Made by a program: the position numbers and the translations under genes. From Paragordius varius (lineage: Eukaryota > Animalia > Nematomorpha): a stretch of DNA of 64,000 nt. This document shows, one piece after another, positions 59,401 to 64,000 of the stretch. Below the pieces are notes generated by a model. It had not been told where the DNA came from, searched no databases, and saw only the letters and a program-made list of their open reading frames with translations. The stretch spans positions 186,001-250,000 of the forward strand of contig OZ176059.1 in the NCBI GenBank assembly GCA_964247055.1, written 5' to 3'. Positions within the stretch are counted from its first letter, which is position 1; each line of letters starts with the position of its first letter.

Positions 59401-62400
59401 AAATTTCTTGGACGCCATTTTTATTTATAATTCATGACTACCCTTAATTAAATTGATTCATAATTTTTTTGGTAATCAAAAAATTATATGTAATATATAG
59501 TTGTAATCACAATATGACCGCTGGAGCGTTTTTCATTTTGTACAAAAAATGTTGCGTTTCCTTACTAGTTTTATTGAAAGCAGATTTCTAGGGGATTCAT
59601 TAGCTTTTAGATTTGCGAAAACAAAACTAAAATCTCCTAACGGAATACAAATAATTTTGTATCGGCAAAATTTGCTTTTGATAAATTACTATTAATCTAA
59701 CATCAAACTTGTATATAGATAATAGCAGTATGCCTTTTTTAAAGTTACGGTATTAATCATAAAAAGTTAGATAGAGTAAGTGTACTTACTTTTTTTTCTG
59801 GTTTATTAAATATTCTATAAGCATTTTTAATCTCCAGTTTTTTTTATAAATTTATTAGCATGGTATGGGAGTTTGCCGATATAGGAAAACTAATTTAGCA
59901 TATCCTGTTTAATAAGCTGTTGATATACATTATTGAATTACTAATTCGATTGATTTAATACTTCATTGTTTAATTTAAATTTTTCCTGTATAATACAGTA
60001 TGCATTTTGATGGTTGCTTATTTCTTACTATAGCTGGGCAATTCGCAACACAATAGTTGGGATAAAGAAGGAAAAAATTGTTAATTCGACATTTAGTTGT
60101 TTTTTCCCATACACTACTGTAATAAAATTGCCCAACTATATATAGTGAAATAAGCAACCATTAATATGCCATAAGATATTTTTGCACGTAACCCACAATT
60201 TAATATATAATTGGATGATTAACTATTTAAAGATATTGTCAAGGTGATACTTTTACTAAGGTTTCTGTTGTGAGTTGCAATCAAATTTTTAAAACATTTT
60301 ATAAATCAATGGCACTTTTTCTCTTTAGATATTGGTAAAAATGTTAGATATTATGTAAAATTAAAACTAATATATATAACAGCTATGTACTAGGTGTTGC
60401 TAGGTGGTGTGGCTCACGCGCTATGCTCTGGATCGGTAATTTTTAGGTAGTTACCACAGTTTGATTTTAGGCTTAAATTATATGGTAGAAATGTACGTTA
60501 TCTACAACTACTGACTTATTAAAATTATTATTTTTATTATATCATTTAAAAAAATGGTCAAAATTTAAAGGTTAGAATATATGACAAAGTTATTACCTAT
60601 TTTATTCGGGCGATTTCGAGTTAAAAAATAGCAACACAATTAATTTGTTAAATAATATTGCAGGGAAATGTCCAATAATTTTCAAAAAATTCGAGGGCCG
60701 CACTCACAAAAATATGGGAATCAACATATATTTTATTAAATTTCAAACATTAGACTGTAAAAAATATTATTTTTTACTATATTTGCTGGCTCATTGCTAA
60801 AATTTGGCAAAAGACATATTGTTTTACACAATCAGTTTTATCTATGTTTTAGTAAAATTTGGTATAACTTTTTCCCGGGCTGCTAAAACATTTGTAAGGG
60901 CGCTGGTTGGACACCCCATTTTTAAACTATAAGCCGAATTGATATTTTTCCAAACACCTTGATTACATCACTTGTTAACAGTATTAAATTATATTGTAAC
61001 TAAAAATTTTTTCTAAAATTTTTTAATGGCAAAATTTTTGTAATGATTTTTTGCAAAAAAATAATGCAAAAGTCCTATATACAGTGTGAAAAAATGATGT
61101 GGAAATCGTCGTAAACTAGTTGAACGTAATGATAAATATAGACTGACTACTTATATTGATTTTATCATGATTGGATTTCTTTTTTTTCTCGATTTCATAT
61201 TTTTGACAAGATAATAAAGTAAAACTAATAATAATATTTTTAGAATAATATTACTAATAATAACAATAATAATAAATTCATATTTTTTTTGTTCGTTATG
61301 GCTGGTCTTCTCTCATAAATATTCATATTTTGTAATATTTATTACATATAACGAATAATATGTTTGTTAGTAGTTAACCTTTGTAAAAACAGAAAGTTGA
61401 ATACAGATTCTAAACTAATCATAGAGCATATATATTGAGATCCTAAATCTAAATTTTAAGCTTACCGAACTTTAACATATGTTTTAAACGAGGAATTTCC
61501 AAACAAATGACTTCGCGGACAGGTGTGGGTCACCCCTGTTTTAAACCTTAAAATTTAATATTATAATAAGATATAATTATGTGAAACTCTTTAGTTTGCG
61601 ATTTGTGTTGTAAAGTACTTTGAAATATAAATTCGATACGAATTGATACTATTTTGACATATTATTCGTTAGATACTTAGGGTGTGAAGTTATTTATTGC
61701 ATTACAGAGAAACAGATATGGTGAAAATTGAAATACGGACAAAAAAAAGACATTTTTTTTAAAAGGCAACCATACTTTTTAAATTTTAATTTTTGATTAT
61801 AAACCATTGCTTACAATGGCAAAGTATGAAATAGAGATTATAATTAACGCAATCAATCATATATTTTACAATTGTAATTAAATATTTTATAAGGGATTTG
61901 GGTTTAAAAAAGAATAGTTGTCTTTTTGAAAAAAATATTTGCCTTTATATTTTAATGTTGTCCGTATAATTTCAATTTTCAGCCATAAATTATGAAAATT
62001 TTATTTAATTAAAATTGCGCCCATAATCACACGCCACACTGTTAAAATCCATAAAATTTACTTTAAATGGTGATTTTATCTATATTTAAAAGTGTGATTT
62101 TGCTGACACCATTTATATGAAAAAATCTATGCTTATTTAAACAAAAGCATATATAAATTGGTGTGTAACGATTCGTTGGGTGCGCCCTTTTAACTGTCAT
62201 TTATTTTTATTCAAAATTAATTATTCCTAAAACATTTTGTCTTATTTTATTTTTTGGGTGTTTATTTTTCCCATATGGAACGTAAAGCCACTTTTTCGGA
62301 TTTTGAAAGCTGGTTGGCGAATTTCTCTTTCTATAAATACTTAAATCAGTAAAACTCCATGTTTGGCCCTAAATTTGGCGTACTATGTTACATATCATTC

Positions 62401-64000
62401 ATATTAATATATTACAATTTTTGAAAATGGATATATCCCGTAAGCTAATATTTAGTTGACTTACACGCACAATGAATATTTTATTGATTGAATGGATATA
62501 GTTAGACCAAATAATAAAACGTATTAGTGTTTCCCCCTATCATATAAAATTTTGTATTTTATAATTTTTTTTTAAAAAATTATTTAGCATTTAACGAATG
62601 CATAATCGTAACCAAAGCTAAAGTTATTCACCCCAACCACCTCCCTTTTTTTGTTTTCTTTTACTAAATTTTAATCAATCAAACTGCTGATTTTTTTGAC
62701 ATTTTTACTTTATTTACCATTGGAATTATTATGGTACTTATTTTCTTGTATATATATGAACTTTTATTGGCTAAAGCCATATTTTTTAATGTATTGAGCG
62801 GGGGAAGGGGGATGCCCTTTTTTAGCGCGAATTCCTATGAAATTTTGTTTAGGGTTTTTCAAAAAAGTGTATTGATGATTAATTTTTTTATACATATTAC
62901 ATTTATAAATTTCGCCAGTTTTTCGTAAAGATAATTATCAACATTTTTACTTTGACAATAATATTAATAATTATAATTATTTTTATCATTTCTACCACTG
63001 TCTGTTATTGGACAAAAAATAAATTATTCCTTCAAAAAATTTTCAATATTAATGTCACTTTTTTAGTATTTGATATTTTGGTTCCCAAGGGGAACGATGA
63101 AATGTTGGGATCACATTATATATATAACACTGTAATAATAATAAATAATAATAATAATGTGAACTCCTCTTTAAACTATACAATAAATTATCTTTGTTTT
63201 TATATATTTAAGGTTTTTTTTCGGACACCAAAAATGATAATATATTTGTTAGCAACATAAGCACAGTTTTAATGACAAATTTTTAATGAGATATATAGGA
63301 GTTCTTTATAGGACATAATATTTACTAATCAATCTAAGTATCTCTAGGGATTAGCTTAAAGAATCTAAAATTTTGGGCTTAAAACGTTTTTTGTAATGTT
63401 CATAAAACCAGAATATTACCCTTATATTTAGCGTCTATTAAAACTGAGTTCAATGAGCCACAAAGCGAAACATCATAGCAATAACAAAGACGGTAATGGT
63501 GGAATAGGTGAATCCATACTTTTTCAACATCCAATTTATAGGTGGGTATATTGTTATAAATTGAAATTTTAAGACAAAACATAAAAATTAAATGATAAAT
63601 ATATTTTTATCAAAAGACAGCCATACTTTTTAAACCTTAATTTTTTTATATCTAACCTAGCATTTTGATTGGCAAAATAAAATGAAATAGATATAAATTG
63701 CTAACTTTTAAATTTTTACTCTATCTTTCTTGAGTACATTATTTTAGAGGAAAACTAATTAGTAATCTGATAAACCAACTTTACATATAAATGAACCAAA
63801 CAGGTATTTAATTAGATAGAAACATTTTACTTATATCATTAATTATGCGAAAGAAATTAATACAAAACTCCTTTAATAATATGATCGATCTTTTTAATAA
63901 TTACATATTTTTTAGGGTGTTTTACGTGTCTCACGATTCGCAAGATCTAAAAATATTCAGTTATATAGCACGAGATTGTGGAACCAATCTTTTCAAATGC
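53490..64000 (+). CDS. NOS1AP: NOS1AP/CAPON (dyc-1-like) PTB-domain adaptor, 5' part; continues beyond the window
   Basis: Exons 53490-53708 (..[14 protein letters not shown]), 56547-56618 ([24 protein letters not shown]), 57626-57718 ([31 protein letters not shown]), 63432-63541 (..[12 protein letters not shown]) and 63916->64000 ([28 protein letters not shown]). Phase-consistent and matching the recalled CAPON PTB sequence. A strong acceptor at 53277-53278 suggests an upstream non-coding exon or trans-splice site. Confidence 0.92.
55575..55990 (-). mobile_element. RTE-clade LINE 3' fragment (5'-truncated, decayed), in NOS1AP intron 1
   Basis: [10 protein letters not shown]...[22 protein letters not shown]...RRFTYYGHI then [20 protein letters not shown]...RGKWRELV, the characteristic RTE ORF C-terminus. 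Confidence 0.85.
57742..57988. mobile_element. R1 MITE with TA TSD
   Basis: TA|CAGTAAAAATTAAAATTATACGGAC...TTTACTG|TA, 24 nt after the donor at 57719. Confidence 0.85.
59999..60170. mobile_element. Hairpin MITE family R4, full copy
   Basis: ATGCATTTTGATGGTTGCTTATTTC...GAAATAAGCAACCATTAATATGC inverted arms. Confidence 0.7.

Overview
Very AT-rich eukaryotic (animal, probably invertebrate) genomic DNA with spliceosomal GT-AG introns; the ORF track's TTG/GTG starts are mostly exon-internal or spurious. I reconstructed three intron-rich genes by reading splice sites and phases by hand. (1) The 5' part of an M13/neprilysin-like type II membrane metallopeptidase gene on the minus strand, running off the left edge. 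(2) A complete 32-exon XMAP215/CKAP5 (msps/zyg-9) gene on the plus strand (13891-46800, about 2117 aa) that appears to go TOG1-TOG2-linker-TOG5-C-terminal domains with no TOG3/TOG4. (3) The 5' part of a NOS1AP/CAPON PTB-domain gene on the plus strand, running off the right edge. Introns and intergenic DNA are full of transposons: a full-length Buster-type hAT with intact TIRs and 8-bp TSD whose three frameshifts all sit in homopolymer runs, a complete 590-bp non-autonomous Helitron, a CACT-ended element, fossil Buster and Blackjack hATs, an RTE LINE 3' fragment, and at least four palindromic MITE families. Two of those MITE families share termini and carry related 21-bp subterminal arrays. Comparisons to human proteins are from recalled sequence, not database searches, and the organism cannot be identified from the sequence alone.
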